From a virus (taxonomy: Duplodnaviria; Caudoviricetes): DNA of 44,155 nt. Within the stretch, counting starts at the first letter, position 1; each line of letters begins with the position of its first letter. The position numbers and the translations under genes are program-made. The notes beneath the pieces were generated by a model that was not told the origin of the DNA, made no database searches, and saw only the letters and a program-made list of their open reading frames with translations. The stretch is from positions 1-44,155 of the IMG/VR virus record IMGVR_UViG_3300020043_000309; one strand, given 5' to 3'. Shown here piece by piece: positions 1 through 9,339 of this stretch.

Positions 1-18
1 GATGAGAGCCGTAAAGAC

Positions 19-289
19 TGCCGACACGGCAAGCGCGGGTGTGGATAGCGCCGGATGTTGATGAATCCGCCAGAACGGATCCAGGCCGAAGAGGTTGGGG
101 TTATCCGGGGCAACGGCAACATCCGGGTCGAGCTAGGTCAGTGCGCTAAGGAGGGGCCTCACAATGGACCCAAATGTCTGACCAGCTACGGCGGAACATT
201 GAGAGATGTCCGTAGCCGAAGGAAGCGAAGGAACGACCGACGCGCCTGGAACTGCAGCCATCCCTGGCTTACATGCTGGGCTAGGGGTG
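19..289 (+). ncRNA. Candidate structured non-coding RNA or regulatory leader (possibly truncated at window start)
   Basis: Dense inverted repeats: 51-60/117-126 (perfect 10 bp), 131-141/178-187, 185-191/210-216, 259-268/280-289 (with G-U pairs), small hairpins at 19-31 and 65-80. The overlapping 55..342 ORF has no recognisable motif. Confidence 0.4.
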
Positions 290-344
290 TGCTTTGCTCA
301 GTCGCTCAGTCACTCTCTCCGAGCCTGTCATTTGGAGGTTAGAT

Positions 345-572
345 ATGTATCTGTACAGGCCAACAAGTAAGAAGGGTGCGGCGCATCTGTGGAATGGTCA
401 TGACACGCTTTGTACGATGTACAGCACTGGTGGTATGAGTAAGAGGCGTAACAAAGTCATGCCTACTGCTGACGGTAGGCGGATATGCGCCATGTGTCAG
501 GTTAACAATAGGAAGAGCAACTATGTGTCCGTGTGGTGGAGTCCTGAGCAGGTCGGACCTGACGGGAAATAG
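345..572 (+). CDS. Small putative zinc-binding protein (H...C...CxxC)
   Basis: GGAGG at 334-338 precedes ATG 345, a better start than 294. Motifs AHLW..DTLC and ICAMC. Confidence 0.6.
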   Translation: MYLYRPTSKKGAAHLWNGHDTLCTMYSTGGMSKRRNKVMPTADGRRICAMCQVNNRKSNYVSVWWSPEQVGPDGK

Positions 573-636
573 GTACAGGTGGTGGTGTCAGTCTTGTGGC
601 CGATACGAAGTCTTCAGCTACCTGACAAAGTGACTG

Positions 637-873
637 ATGAGCATAGTTACTCCGCTGTGTGTGTTCTTTGCGGTCAACCCTGAAGAAGAACTGACAAACC
701 ATGACATAGGGCTGAAGTGGGGTATTGACCCGAACAGTGTCAGGAGGACTTTGGAGCATGCTGAGATCAAAGGTTGGGTGATCAGAACCCGCAAGAGGGA
801 TCCTGTAACCAAGTCTTGGCGGTTCCATTACACGGCTGGGCCGCGTTTGCTTAAAGAGATTGGCAGGGGTTAA
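637..873 (+). CDS. Small winged helix-turn-helix DNA-binding protein
   Basis: ELTNHDIGLKWGIDPNSVRRTLEHAEIKGWV followed by a beta-hairpin ending YTAGP fits a wHTH pattern. Confidence 0.6.
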   Translation: MSIVTPLCVFFAVNPEEELTNHDIGLKWGIDPNSVRRTLEHAEIKGWVIRTRKRDPVTKSWRFHYTAGPRLLKEIGRG

Positions 874-899
874 GATTCAGCCGCACGTTAGGAGCAGGC

Positions 900-3800
900 A
901 TGGAATTACCCGAGCAGGACAGGCAAGCGCTTATTGAGGCTGCCCGCAGGCGTGGTGTTACTGGTAAGGGTGGTGCCGCATTTGGCGTGATGCCTTCATC
1001 TGGTAAGCGGCCGAAGGAGCCAGAGTTTCCGCCTGGGTCGTCTGTGCTGGATGTTCCTATTGGTGGGAAGGAGCGCCTGACTGATACGGTGCTGCGTAGG
1101 CGTCCTGAGCCTGAAGCCTCGATGACGGCGCTGCCTGCGCCTTCAATGGCTCAGAGGCACGCTCGAAGCCTTGAGGGGTATCTCACCCCCAAGATTGGTG
1201 GTCCCCGTGCAAGGACGGTATCTCAGAGCTTGCTGGGTGGGCAAGAGAGCGTATTGCCGTTTGGCATTGGCCTGCAAGAGTTTGTTCCGTTCTCTCCTTA
1301 TGTTGGCGAGGAAGCGGGCGCAATGGTCCGCGAAGGGCAAGAGACTGATAGCGGGCTGACAACGGGTCTTGGGTTGGGCTTGGGGGCGCTACAGGCGTTT
1401 CCTGCAGCTAAGCCTTTAGCTAGGGGCGCCAAGGCTGCAGGAAAGGCGCTGGGGCCGAAGGCTGCCGAGATGGCAGAGGGCTACCTGCTGAAGAGCGGAC
1501 TAGCCCCGTCTGTGATCAAGCCCAAGGGTGGTAACTGGTTGAGTGGGAGGGTTGAGGGGGCGACTAAGCCGCTGAAGCCGAATCGGCCTACCACGCGAGA
1601 TGAGGCTTTGGCTTTGGGTGGTCGTTGGGCGCAAGATGCAGACCGCCCCGAAGTTGTGCAGATGATGAATGAGGAAGGCGCAGTCAATAATTGGATCGAC
1701 ACCAAGCTCAACAAATACATCCGCAATGAGATGGGCACACCGGAAGATCCGGTGAGGGGCTTGGCTGAACGTGGCATTACCCACTTACAAGATCCTCCTC
1801 CAGAGACAGTAGGAGGATGGACAAAGCTATACCGCAAAGAGGCGGGGTTTCCGGAAGAGGGGTTGGGTCAAAGTCCGCAGGCGCGGGATTGGGAGAACAT
1901 CACTGACCGCCTGATTGCCTCGCAGTCTGCTGGCAAGTTGCGTGGCGCCCTGAAAGAGTACGAGGGCGCTAAGACAACCTCTGACATTCATGAGGGGGTG
2001 GACAGGATTCTTATCAGAGAGAGAGTCGAACAACTTAAAGACACATTCAAAAACACTTCCAACAAGCAACTGGAAGATGAGTTCAATGTTGACTACAAGA
2101 TTACCGACAAGAATCGAGACAAGGCCATAGAAGACTGGGCGCGGATGGAAGTTGAGGGTTACTTCCGAGGCAATCCAGAAGATATTTTGGGTCCACAGGC
2201 TAATTTTCGGTTGGGTTTGACTGCCAGAGATGAAGCAGATATTAGTGGCAAAGACTTAAGCTGGCTTGAGAAAGTCCCAAGCGAACAGCGAGTCTATGGA
2301 CTCATTTCAGATGATGTCAGTGACTACACGCCGGGTTTTGAGCACCTCATAGACGAACTGCGCAACGCAACCCGTGCTGACTCTGATCTACCGGCTAATC
2401 TTCGCTGGAAGCCTGAAGACCTGAAGAAGGTCACAGTCCCCCAGGCTGTAGAGCGTGTTGCCAAGATCAACGAGTACCGCGCTGCTCAAATGGCTGCGGC
2501 TCAGAAGGCCGCCCGAGAGGGCATTCCGCTTCACAAAGAGTATGAGGGTGGCTTCCAATGGATGGCTGCACCTGATACCGCAATTGATCCCAAATCTCTT
2601 CAATACATCAAAGACGTTGGTTGTGAGGGGGGTTGGTGTACGCAAGGCGAAGGTCTTGCCAAGCAATACGGCGGAGATGAGGGCAGGCTTTATGTGCTGC
2701 ACGATCCTGCTGGCAAGCCGGTTGTTCAAATTTCAGTCAAGACTACAAAGCGGGAATTGCCTGAACGAGAGATTCCTTGGGAAATTACAACTGAACTCAA
2801 AGAAAGCGCTCAACAGAGAGCAAGGGCGATTGGTGAGCAAAAAGGGTTTGGCCCTTACAGTGATGAAGTATCACTGCTTCAGTCTGAGCTATATCACGAA
2901 GACTTGTTTCAGTGGAGATCCAAAAATCCACAAGTCTCAACTGAAATCTTGGAGATCAAAGGCAAGCAGAACCGCGCACCAAAGGAAGAATACTTGCCGA
3001 TGGTGCAAGACTTTGTCCGCAGTGGTAACTGGAGCAGAGTTGGGGATTTGCACAACACTCAACTGATTGCTGTTGATCCGGGGTCAGAGCTTGCGAATGC
3101 CTTGCAGACTGCAGGCAAAAAAGTACCGCAGTATGTAACTCAAGATGAGCTTACAAAACTGCTTGCTTGGAAGCGGGGAGAGGGCGATGTTCCTCAAGGC
3201 TACGCCCGCGGTGGTCTAGTCAAAGACACAGACGCTATTGCTGCAAAGCTCAAAGCTACAGGCATGGATGATCAGAAGGCATTCATGCAAGCCTTGCGTA
3301 TGGCAGATGCTAGGCAAGAAGCTCACATGGCAGGCGGTGGTCTTGCCAAGCTCCTGAAGGGGGCCAAGACGATTGGCAACTACCAAGCCCTGCCTCTGAA
3401 CCTGCCGCGGGCGCCTAACCTGCCTCCACAAGAGCTAACCAAGATTGCAGAGCGTGTTGCCCGTCAGCAGATGGGGCAGCATGTGCGCCAGTCCGACAAG
3501 ATCGCCGCAAACCTTGCTGGTCGGTCGGTAAAGGAGGCTGACAAGCTCCAGAAGATGCAGGTGGATATCCAGCCAACCAAGGAAGTCATGCAGTCGGTTG
3601 TGGTCCCTGAAGAAGTTGGGCAAGTGCGGATTGCCCTGCCTGGGGATATCTCGGTGGCCGACCAGATGCTGATGGAGGTTGAGGGTCTGCCTATTGGATC
3701 TGTGCAGGAGGGCGGGGCCAAGTATGGCCTTGGCAAGCAAGACTTAGATGATCCGAGGTTCTGGGCTTCTAACGAGGGGCCTGCTCAGATATTCCAGAAC

Positions 3801-4562
3801 AAGGTGACCGACCTTGCCAATATGTATGAGACGCCAGAGATTCTGGCGCAGCACTTGGCAATGGGCCCTGACGCCATGAACTTTGCCCAGCACTTTGCAG
3901 ACGCAAACCTGCTGGCAATTCAGGCATCTAACGTCCACCCTAAAGCCGCGGAGATGTTCAATAAGATGATCCGCGAGGGGTACGAGAAGATCAACCCCAA
4001 GACCAAAGAGAAGGTACGGATCACGTTTCCTGACTTCCCTGGGATTGAAGACTATCAGCAGGCTTACAAGGCAACGCAAGAAAACCCTGAGCTTCGCAAG
4101 TGGTTTAATGATCGCATGAAGAAGGAGTCGATTACTGCGCCGCTGGGTATCCCTAGTGGTAAAGAGATCGAGTACGCAATCATGGAGCCTTCCCTGCGTA
4201 ACATGGAGCACAGCATGACTGGACTCTCTGTTGGCCGCATGAAGCCTGGAGCCAGTCTAATTCCTGGCTCTTCTCACAAGACCTACTCTCACGACATTGC
4301 TGGACAAGCGCTGGGGCACACTAAGGAACTGACTCCTATTGAGTTGGCCTTCCCTGATGCCTCGGCATATATCAAGTCAACCAAGCGCCCACAGGATTTC
4401 ACCCCAACCATCCAAAAGTTGTTCCCTCATCAGGTTGTTGACGACCAGTACATCAACCAATTGGGCGAGTATTACAACCGCCTAAAGCAAATCAGAGGTT
4501 ACAAAAAGGGTGGTGAAGTTAAAAAGTCTGGATTGAGTGTGCTTAACGAGGCGATAATCTAA
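900..4562 (+). CDS. Large multi-module (polyvalent-type) protein with a PcfJ-like domain; probable internal virion protein
   Basis: 1220-aa ORF, RBS AGGAG. Motifs GWCT...LYVLHD..GKPVVQI...EIKGKQN (~2600-2990) resemble PcfJ-GK. Three xxxGG motifs. Directly upstream of portal. Confidence 0.7.
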   Translation: MELPEQDRQALIEAARRRGVTGKGGAAFGVMPSSGKRPKEPEFPPGSSVLDVPIGGKERLTDTVLRRRPEPEASMTALPAPSMAQRHARSLEGYLTPKIGGPRARTVSQSLLGGQESVLPFGIGLQEFVPFSPYVGEEAGAMVREGQETDSGLTTGLGLGLGALQAFPAAKPLARGAKAAGKALGPKAAEMAEGYLLKSGLAPSVIKPKGGNWLSGRVEGATKPLKPNRPTTRDEALALGGRWAQDADRPEVVQMMNEEGAVNNWIDTKLNKYIRNEMGTPEDPVRGLAERGITHLQDPPPETVGGWTKLYRKEAGFPEEGLGQSPQARDWENITDRLIASQSAGKLRGALKEYEGAKTTSDIHEGVDRILIRERVEQLKDTFKNTSNKQLEDEFNVDYKITDKNRDKAIEDWARMEVEGYFRGNPEDILGPQANFRLGLTARDEADISGKDLSWLEKVPSEQRVYGLISDDVSDYTPGFEHLIDELRNATRADSDLPANLRWKPEDLKKVTVPQAVERVAKINEYRAAQMAAAQKAAREGIPLHKEYEGGFQWMAAPDTAIDPKSLQYIKDVGCEGGWCTQGEGLAKQYGGDEGRLYVLHDPAGKPVVQISVKTTKRELPEREIPWEITTELKESAQQRARAIGEQKGFGPYSDEVSLLQSELYHEDLFQWRSKNPQVSTEILEIKGKQNRAPKEEYLPMVQDFVRSGNWSRVGDLHNTQLIAVDPGSELANALQTAGKKVPQYVTQDELTKLLAWKRGEGDVPQGYARGGLVKDTDAIAAKLKATGMDDQKAFMQALRMADARQEAHMAGGGLAKLLKGAKTIGNYQALPLNLPRAPNLPPQELTKIAERVARQQMGQHVRQSDKIAANLAGRSVKEADKLQKMQVDIQPTKEVMQSVVVPEEVGQVRIALPGDISVADQMLMEVEGLPIGSVQEGGAKYGLGKQDLDDPRFWASNEGPAQIFQNKVTDLANMYETPEILAQHLAMGPDAMNFAQHFADANLLAIQASNVHPKAAEMFNKMIREGYEKINPKTKEKVRITFPDFPGIEDYQQAYKATQENPELRKWFNDRMKKESITAPLGIPSGKEIEYAIMEPSLRNMEHSMTGLSVGRMKPGASLIPGSSHKTYSHDIAGQALGHTKELTPIELAFPDASAYIKSTKRPQDFTPTIQKLFPHQVVDDQYINQLGEYYNRLKQIRGYKKGGEVKKSGLSVLNEAII

Positions 4563-4564
4563 TC

Positions 4565-7111
4565 ATGGCAACCGAATTCCCGATTGATCCCGAGTTCAAC
4601 CGCTTTGTGGGGGGCGAACAAGGGGAGCCAGTACCTGATGAGCCTGTTGAGGTTGAACTAGACCTTGATGAATCCGAGATTGAGGAGCTTCCTGATGGTT
4701 CTGCAATCGTCCGGATGGAAGGCAAAGGTCCGCTGGAAGATGAAGACTTTTATCAGAACCTAGCTGACAGCGATGTAATTGACCATCTTGACCTGAATAC
4801 GATGGCCTTGCGGTACATCCAACTGGTTGAGAAGGACAAAGAGGCTCGTAAAGAGCGGGATAAGCAGTACGAGGAGGGACTCCGCCGTACTGGAATGGGT
4901 AATGACGCCCCTGGTGGTGCGCAATTCAATGGGGCTTCTAAGGTTGTCCACCCGGTTATGGCGGAATCCTGCGTGGATTTCGCTGCAAGGGCGTTCAAAG
5001 AGCTGTTTCCGCCTGATGGCCCGACCCGTACTCAGATTCTGGGTGATGTGGACGAGGAGAAAGTTGCGATTGCCGAGCGCAAACGTGACTTTATGAACTG
5101 GCAGTTGACCGATCAGATTGAGGAATTCGCTGATGAGCAAGAGCAGATGCTCACTCAGTTGCCTCTTGGTGGTTCGCAGTACATCAAACTCTGGTACGAC
5201 GACAAGAAGAAGCGTCCTTGTGCCCAGTTCTTGCCGATTGACAACGTACTTGTGCCGTTTGCTGCAGGTAGTTTCCACACTGCCCAGCGTGTGACGGAAG
5301 TTGACGACATCTCCGAATACGAATTCAAGCGTCGGATTGACTCTGGTCTGTACCGAGACATCAGTTTCATTCGGGCGACGATGGATCCTGAGCCTACTGG
5401 CGCTCAGAAGGCCACAAACAAGATTGAAGGCAAGTCAGAGAACGACAACGAAGATGGTGTCCGCCGCGTGTATCACATCTACACATGGCTGGAACTGGAA
5501 GACGACCCGATTACGAAGGGTGAGTCGGCTCCGTACATCCTGATGATTGATGACTTGGGCTCAGAGGTCATTGGTCTGTACCGGAATTGGGAAGAGGGCG
5601 ACGACACGATGACGAAGCTCGACTGGATTGTCGAGTTCAAGTTCATCCCGTGGCGTGGAGCATACGGTGTTGGTATCCATCACCTCATTGGAAGCCTATC
5701 TGCGGCCGCTACAGGCTCTTTACGGGCCTTGCTGGACTCTGCCCACATCAACAACGCTGCAACGCTCCTGAAGCTCAAGGGCGCGAAGGTATCGGGTCAG
5801 TCTCAGCAGGTCGAAGTGACGCAAGTTGCCGAGATTGAGGCGGCTCCAGGCGTGGATGATGTGCGCAAACTGGCAATGCCGATGCCCTTCAACCCGCCAA
5901 GCCCGGTACTTTTCGAGCTTTTGGGCTGGTTGACGAGTGCTGCTAAGGGTGTGGTGACGACATCGGAAGAAAAGATCGCCGATGTCAACGCCAATGCGCC
6001 TGTTGGGACGACTCAAGCCCTGATTGAGCAGGGTGCAGCGGTTTTCTCGAGCATTCACGCCCGTTTGCACAAGTCTCAGGGCCGAGTTCTCAAGATTTTG
6101 CAGCGTATCAACCGCTGGTATCTGGAGGACATGCGCCGCGGCGAGGTTGTAGAGGATTTGGACATCAAGCGGGACGACTTTGCTCGTTCTACTGACGTCA
6201 TTCCTGTTTCTGACCCGCATATCTTCTCTGAAACCCAGCGGATGGCTCAGACCCAAGCGGTCATGACCATCATGGAGAAGAATCCTGACCTGTTTAACCG
6301 CAAAGCAGTGGTCATGCGGTTCTTGAAGCAGATCAAGGTGCCTCAGATCAATGAGTTGATGCCTGATACGCCTTCTCCTGAGAAGCAAGACGCGGCAAAT
6401 GAGAACGTCATGATGACTATTGGTCAAACGGCGTTCGCATACCCAGAACAGGATCACTTGGGCCATATCCAGGCGCACTTGGACTACGCCAAAGACCCGG
6501 TGTTTGGTGGAAGCCCGTTGATCGCTCCGGGCTTCTTACCGAAGGCGATGGAGCACATCAAGCAGCACTTGGCTTTGTGGTACTTGAACCGTATGAACGG
6601 ATATGTGCAGAAGTCTCTGGGCGAGAAGCCTGAAGAGTACGCACTGCTGGCCGATCCGAAGCCGATTGACAAGATTATTGGGGTGTCGTCGCAGCATGTG
6701 GTGATGGATACGGAGCAGACGCTGGCGGGCATCATGCCGGTGATCCAGAAGATGGTTCAGACGATGCAGCAGTTCAAGCCGAAGCCTGAATTGACGCCGG
6801 ATGGACAGGTGTTGTTGCAGACCTCTATGGCTGAGACTGAGCGCCGTAAGGCTCGAGATCAGGCAGAGATGCAACTGAAGGGACAAGAGTTGGAGTCTGA
6901 CATTCAGATGCAGATGAAGAAGCTGCAGGATGAGCAGGCTCTGGCTATGGAGGAACTCCAACTGAAACTGGCCATCGCTCAAGGTGATCAGGAGATGAAG
7001 GAGCGCATCGAGACGGCCCGTTTGACGCGGGATGCGGCTAGGTTGAGACACGACCAAGACAAGACCGTCATGGACTTTTCAACGAAAGGAAACCAGTATG
7101 GCTACCAGTGA
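4565..7111 (+). CDS. Portal protein (podovirus/P22-like)
   Basis: 848 aa with acidic N-terminus, HPVMAESCVDFAARAFKELFPPDGP, FIPWRGAYGVG, APVGTTQALIEQG and a Q/E-rich C-terminal coiled coil. Sits at the head of the capsid module. Confidence 0.85.
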   Translation: MATEFPIDPEFNRFVGGEQGEPVPDEPVEVELDLDESEIEELPDGSAIVRMEGKGPLEDEDFYQNLADSDVIDHLDLNTMALRYIQLVEKDKEARKERDKQYEEGLRRTGMGNDAPGGAQFNGASKVVHPVMAESCVDFAARAFKELFPPDGPTRTQILGDVDEEKVAIAERKRDFMNWQLTDQIEEFADEQEQMLTQLPLGGSQYIKLWYDDKKKRPCAQFLPIDNVLVPFAAGSFHTAQRVTEVDDISEYEFKRRIDSGLYRDISFIRATMDPEPTGAQKATNKIEGKSENDNEDGVRRVYHIYTWLELEDDPITKGESAPYILMIDDLGSEVIGLYRNWEEGDDTMTKLDWIVEFKFIPWRGAYGVGIHHLIGSLSAAATGSLRALLDSAHINNAATLLKLKGAKVSGQSQQVEVTQVAEIEAAPGVDDVRKLAMPMPFNPPSPVLFELLGWLTSAAKGVVTTSEEKIADVNANAPVGTTQALIEQGAAVFSSIHARLHKSQGRVLKILQRINRWYLEDMRRGEVVEDLDIKRDDFARSTDVIPVSDPHIFSETQRMAQTQAVMTIMEKNPDLFNRKAVVMRFLKQIKVPQINELMPDTPSPEKQDAANENVMMTIGQTAFAYPEQDHLGHIQAHLDYAKDPVFGGSPLIAPGFLPKAMEHIKQHLALWYLNRMNGYVQKSLGEKPEEYALLADPKPIDKIIGVSSQHVVMDTEQTLAGIMPVIQKMVQTMQQFKPKPELTPDGQVLLQTSMAETERRKARDQAEMQLKGQELESDIQMQMKKLQDEQALAMEELQLKLAIAQGDQEMKERIETARLTRDAARLRHDQDKTVMDFSTKGNQYGYQ

Positions 7112-7244
7112 TACCGAGCAGAAGAGCATTCTTGTGCCCCAGCACAAGCGCATGGCGATGGGTGCCCCGGTTACCGGGCAATCCATGCAAGGCAACGACA
7201 AGCCCAAACAAGGAGCACTGACGCAAGCAGCAAAAAAGAAGTAA
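7098..7244 (+). CDS. Small basic hypothetical protein (48 aa, MATSDTEQKS...AAKKK)
   Basis: Read by hand, below the ORF-track cutoff. AAGGA RBS; overlaps the portal stop. Confidence 0.6.
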   Translation: MATSDTEQKSILVPQHKRMAMGAPVTGQSMQGNDKPKQGALTQAAKKK

Positions 7245-7424
7245 GTGGCAACGATATCGGACCTGATCGGCGGGATAAAGGCGCGGCAATCTGAGATTGC
7301 TGGATCTCTTGCAGTGGGAAACGCTACTAATTGGGAGTCTTATCAACGCATGGTCGGGCACTACTCGGGGCTCAAAGAAGCCCTGGACATATTAGAAAAC
7401 TTGATGAAGGAAGACGATGAGTAA
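7245..7424 (+). CDS. Small helical hypothetical protein (59 aa)
   Basis: GTG directly after the previous TAA; MATISDLIGGIKARQ...WESYQRMVGHYSGLKEALDILENLMKEDDE; fills the gap to the GroES-like gene. Confidence 0.7.
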   Translation: MATISDLIGGIKARQSEIAGSLAVGNATNWESYQRMVGHYSGLKEALDILENLMKEDDE

Positions 7425-7851
7425 TCAACCGGAAGCTGCTAACGCGGCTGAGATGGCTTGGGCATTTCCGAGCGTGGACCCCGGTGCAAAACCTCTAGGT
7501 GGGCGTATTCTTGTGCAGTTACGCCGTACCAAAAAGAAGGCAACAAGTGCCGGGATTATCTTGGTGGAAGAAACCAAGGAAACCGAAAAGTGGCAGAACA
7601 TGGTGGCAAAGGTGATCGAGATCGGTCCCTTGGCATTCAAGCACCGCGACACGATGGTTGCGTGGCCTGAAGGCTCTTGGTGTGTCCCTGGAGACTACAT
7701 CCGAGTGCCGAAGTGGGGTGGTGATCGCTGGGAAGTCAAAGTTCCCGGTGACGATGATCTTGAAGATCCCGCCCTGTTCATGGTGCTGAATGACCATGAA
7801 ATCATCGCCAAACTCACTGGTAACCCCCTGGCAATGAAGGCTTTCCTATGA
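7417..7851 (+). CDS. groES: GroES/Cpn10-like co-chaperonin
   Basis: KPLGGRILVQ...TSAGIILV...AKVIEIGP...PGDYI..PKWGG...VLNDHEIIAKL follows the Cpn10 signature. Confidence 0.85.
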   Translation: MSNQPEAANAAEMAWAFPSVDPGAKPLGGRILVQLRRTKKKATSAGIILVEETKETEKWQNMVAKVIEIGPLAFKHRDTMVAWPEGSWCVPGDYIRVPKWGGDRWEVKVPGDDDLEDPALFMVLNDHEIIAKLTGNPLAMKAFL

Positions 7852-8774
7852 CACAAGAAAAAGTTGAAGACATCCCCGTTACTGAAGAAAAAGACGGTTC
7901 TGCAACGGTAGAACTGCCTGATGAGCTTGTCACTGAAGACTCTGCTGACGAGCCCGAAGTTCAGGTATCTCAGGATGATGGGGATGCTGACCAGCCCGGT
8001 GATACTGATGCGGTGCGAGAAGCCCGCAGGAATCGCCGTAAGGCTAAGAAGGAATACATCAAGCGCACCAACGAAGAGAAAGACCAGCGATTGGTCTTGC
8101 TTCAGCGTGAGAACGAAGAGTTCCGCAGACGTCTAGCCGAAGTCGAGAAGAAGAGCCAAGGGTTTGAATTGGCTCGACTGGACAAGGCGATTGAAGACGA
8201 AGAGTTGCGCCTGAAGTATTTTGATGCCAAGCGCCGCGAAGCCATCAATAACTCAAATGGTGATGCTTACACACAGGCCAGCAACAGTTATGAGGAGGCT
8301 CGGCGTAAGTACGAGGCAATGAGGGCTCTGAAAGAGCGTGCATCAAAAGCCGAATCGGAGCCTCAAGCAGATCCCAAGATGTTGCGGCATGCAAAGAGTT
8401 GGATGGAGTCCAATTCTTGGTATGACCCAAATGGCAGCGACGAAGACAGCGAGATCGCCAAGGTTATTGATGCCAAGCTCGCAAAAGAGGGCTACGACCC
8501 TGCTTCTGCAGAGTATTGGGACGAACTTGACGCTCGCTTGCAGAAACGTCTGCCGCATCGTTATACTCAATCACAAGACGAACCCAAAAGGAGGCCAAGG
8601 AGTTTTGTAACTGGATCTGGACGCGAGTCAACTAGTGGCCGACAAGGCAACACTTTCGTACTTGAGCCTGAACAGGTAAGAGCAATGAAAGAGGCTGGAT
8701 TCTGGGATGACCCAGCAATGAGGGCCAAGATGATCAAGCGTTACGCCCAAGAAGCACGAAACAACCGAGGTTAA
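7848..8774 (+). CDS. Putative capsid scaffolding protein
   Basis: Acidic N-terminus, long charged coiled coil, short C-terminal helical domain; lies between portal and capsid. Confidence 0.6.
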   Translation: MTQEKVEDIPVTEEKDGSATVELPDELVTEDSADEPEVQVSQDDGDADQPGDTDAVREARRNRRKAKKEYIKRTNEEKDQRLVLLQRENEEFRRRLAEVEKKSQGFELARLDKAIEDEELRLKYFDAKRREAINNSNGDAYTQASNSYEEARRKYEAMRALKERASKAESEPQADPKMLRHAKSWMESNSWYDPNGSDEDSEIAKVIDAKLAKEGYDPASAEYWDELDARLQKRLPHRYTQSQDEPKRRPRSFVTGSGRESTSGRQGNTFVLEPEQVRAMKEAGFWDDPAMRAKMIKRYAQEARNNRG

Positions 8775-8778
8775 TCAA

Positions 8779-9321
8779 ATGGATCAACGTCTTAAAAAGT
8801 CTCTGTCAGCAGGTGGCCGCGAAACTCGTGCTAGTGAGGACGCATCCCGCCGAGCCCCAGAGGAGAAGTTCATGTCAGCGCAGGAACGTCGGAAGATGTG
8901 GAGCGATGAGTGGACACAAAGTGCGCTGCCAAAGGTTCCGGAAATGCCCGGATGGCACCTTTGCTGGCTCTCAACCACCAATGCTTACGACAGTATTGAT
9001 AAGCGGATGCGACTTGGGTACGTTCCCGTGAGAGCGGATGAGTTCCCTGGGTTTGAAAATTACCGCGTCAAGGCTGGTGAGGATATTGGTTTTATCGCAT
9101 GCAACGAGATGCGTCTGTACAAGATCCCTATGGATGTGTATCAGGACATCATGCTGCAGATGCACCACGAGATGCCCAACGAGGAAGCGGACAAGATCCG
9201 TGTCCAAGTTGAGAGCATTCAAGGTGCCCGCGACAGTTCAGGCAAGAGCCTGGGCAGGGTTGAAGGCGAAGGCTTTGGCGATCTCGACCGAAACGTGCAA
9301 ACCCCAATCTTTCATGGGTGA
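8779..9321 (+). CDS. Hypothetical head-module protein
   Basis: 180-aa ORF, GAGG RBS, in operon. Confidence 0.7.
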   Translation: MDQRLKKSLSAGGRETRASEDASRRAPEEKFMSAQERRKMWSDEWTQSALPKVPEMPGWHLCWLSTTNAYDSIDKRMRLGYVPVRADEFPGFENYRVKAGEDIGFIACNEMRLYKIPMDVYQDIMLQMHHEMPNEEADKIRVQVESIQGARDSSGKSLGRVEGEGFGDLDRNVQTPIFHG

Positions 9322-9339
9322 TGGACACAAGGTCAACGC

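Noticed and set aside
1-90. Hammerhead-like GATGAG / TGATGA...CGAA fragments
   Set aside because: I could not assemble the CUGAUGA and GAAA core with three consistent stems.
55-342. 95-aa ORF
   Set aside because: No RBS or recognisable motif, and it overlaps dense RNA-like stems; non-coding is more likely but not proven.
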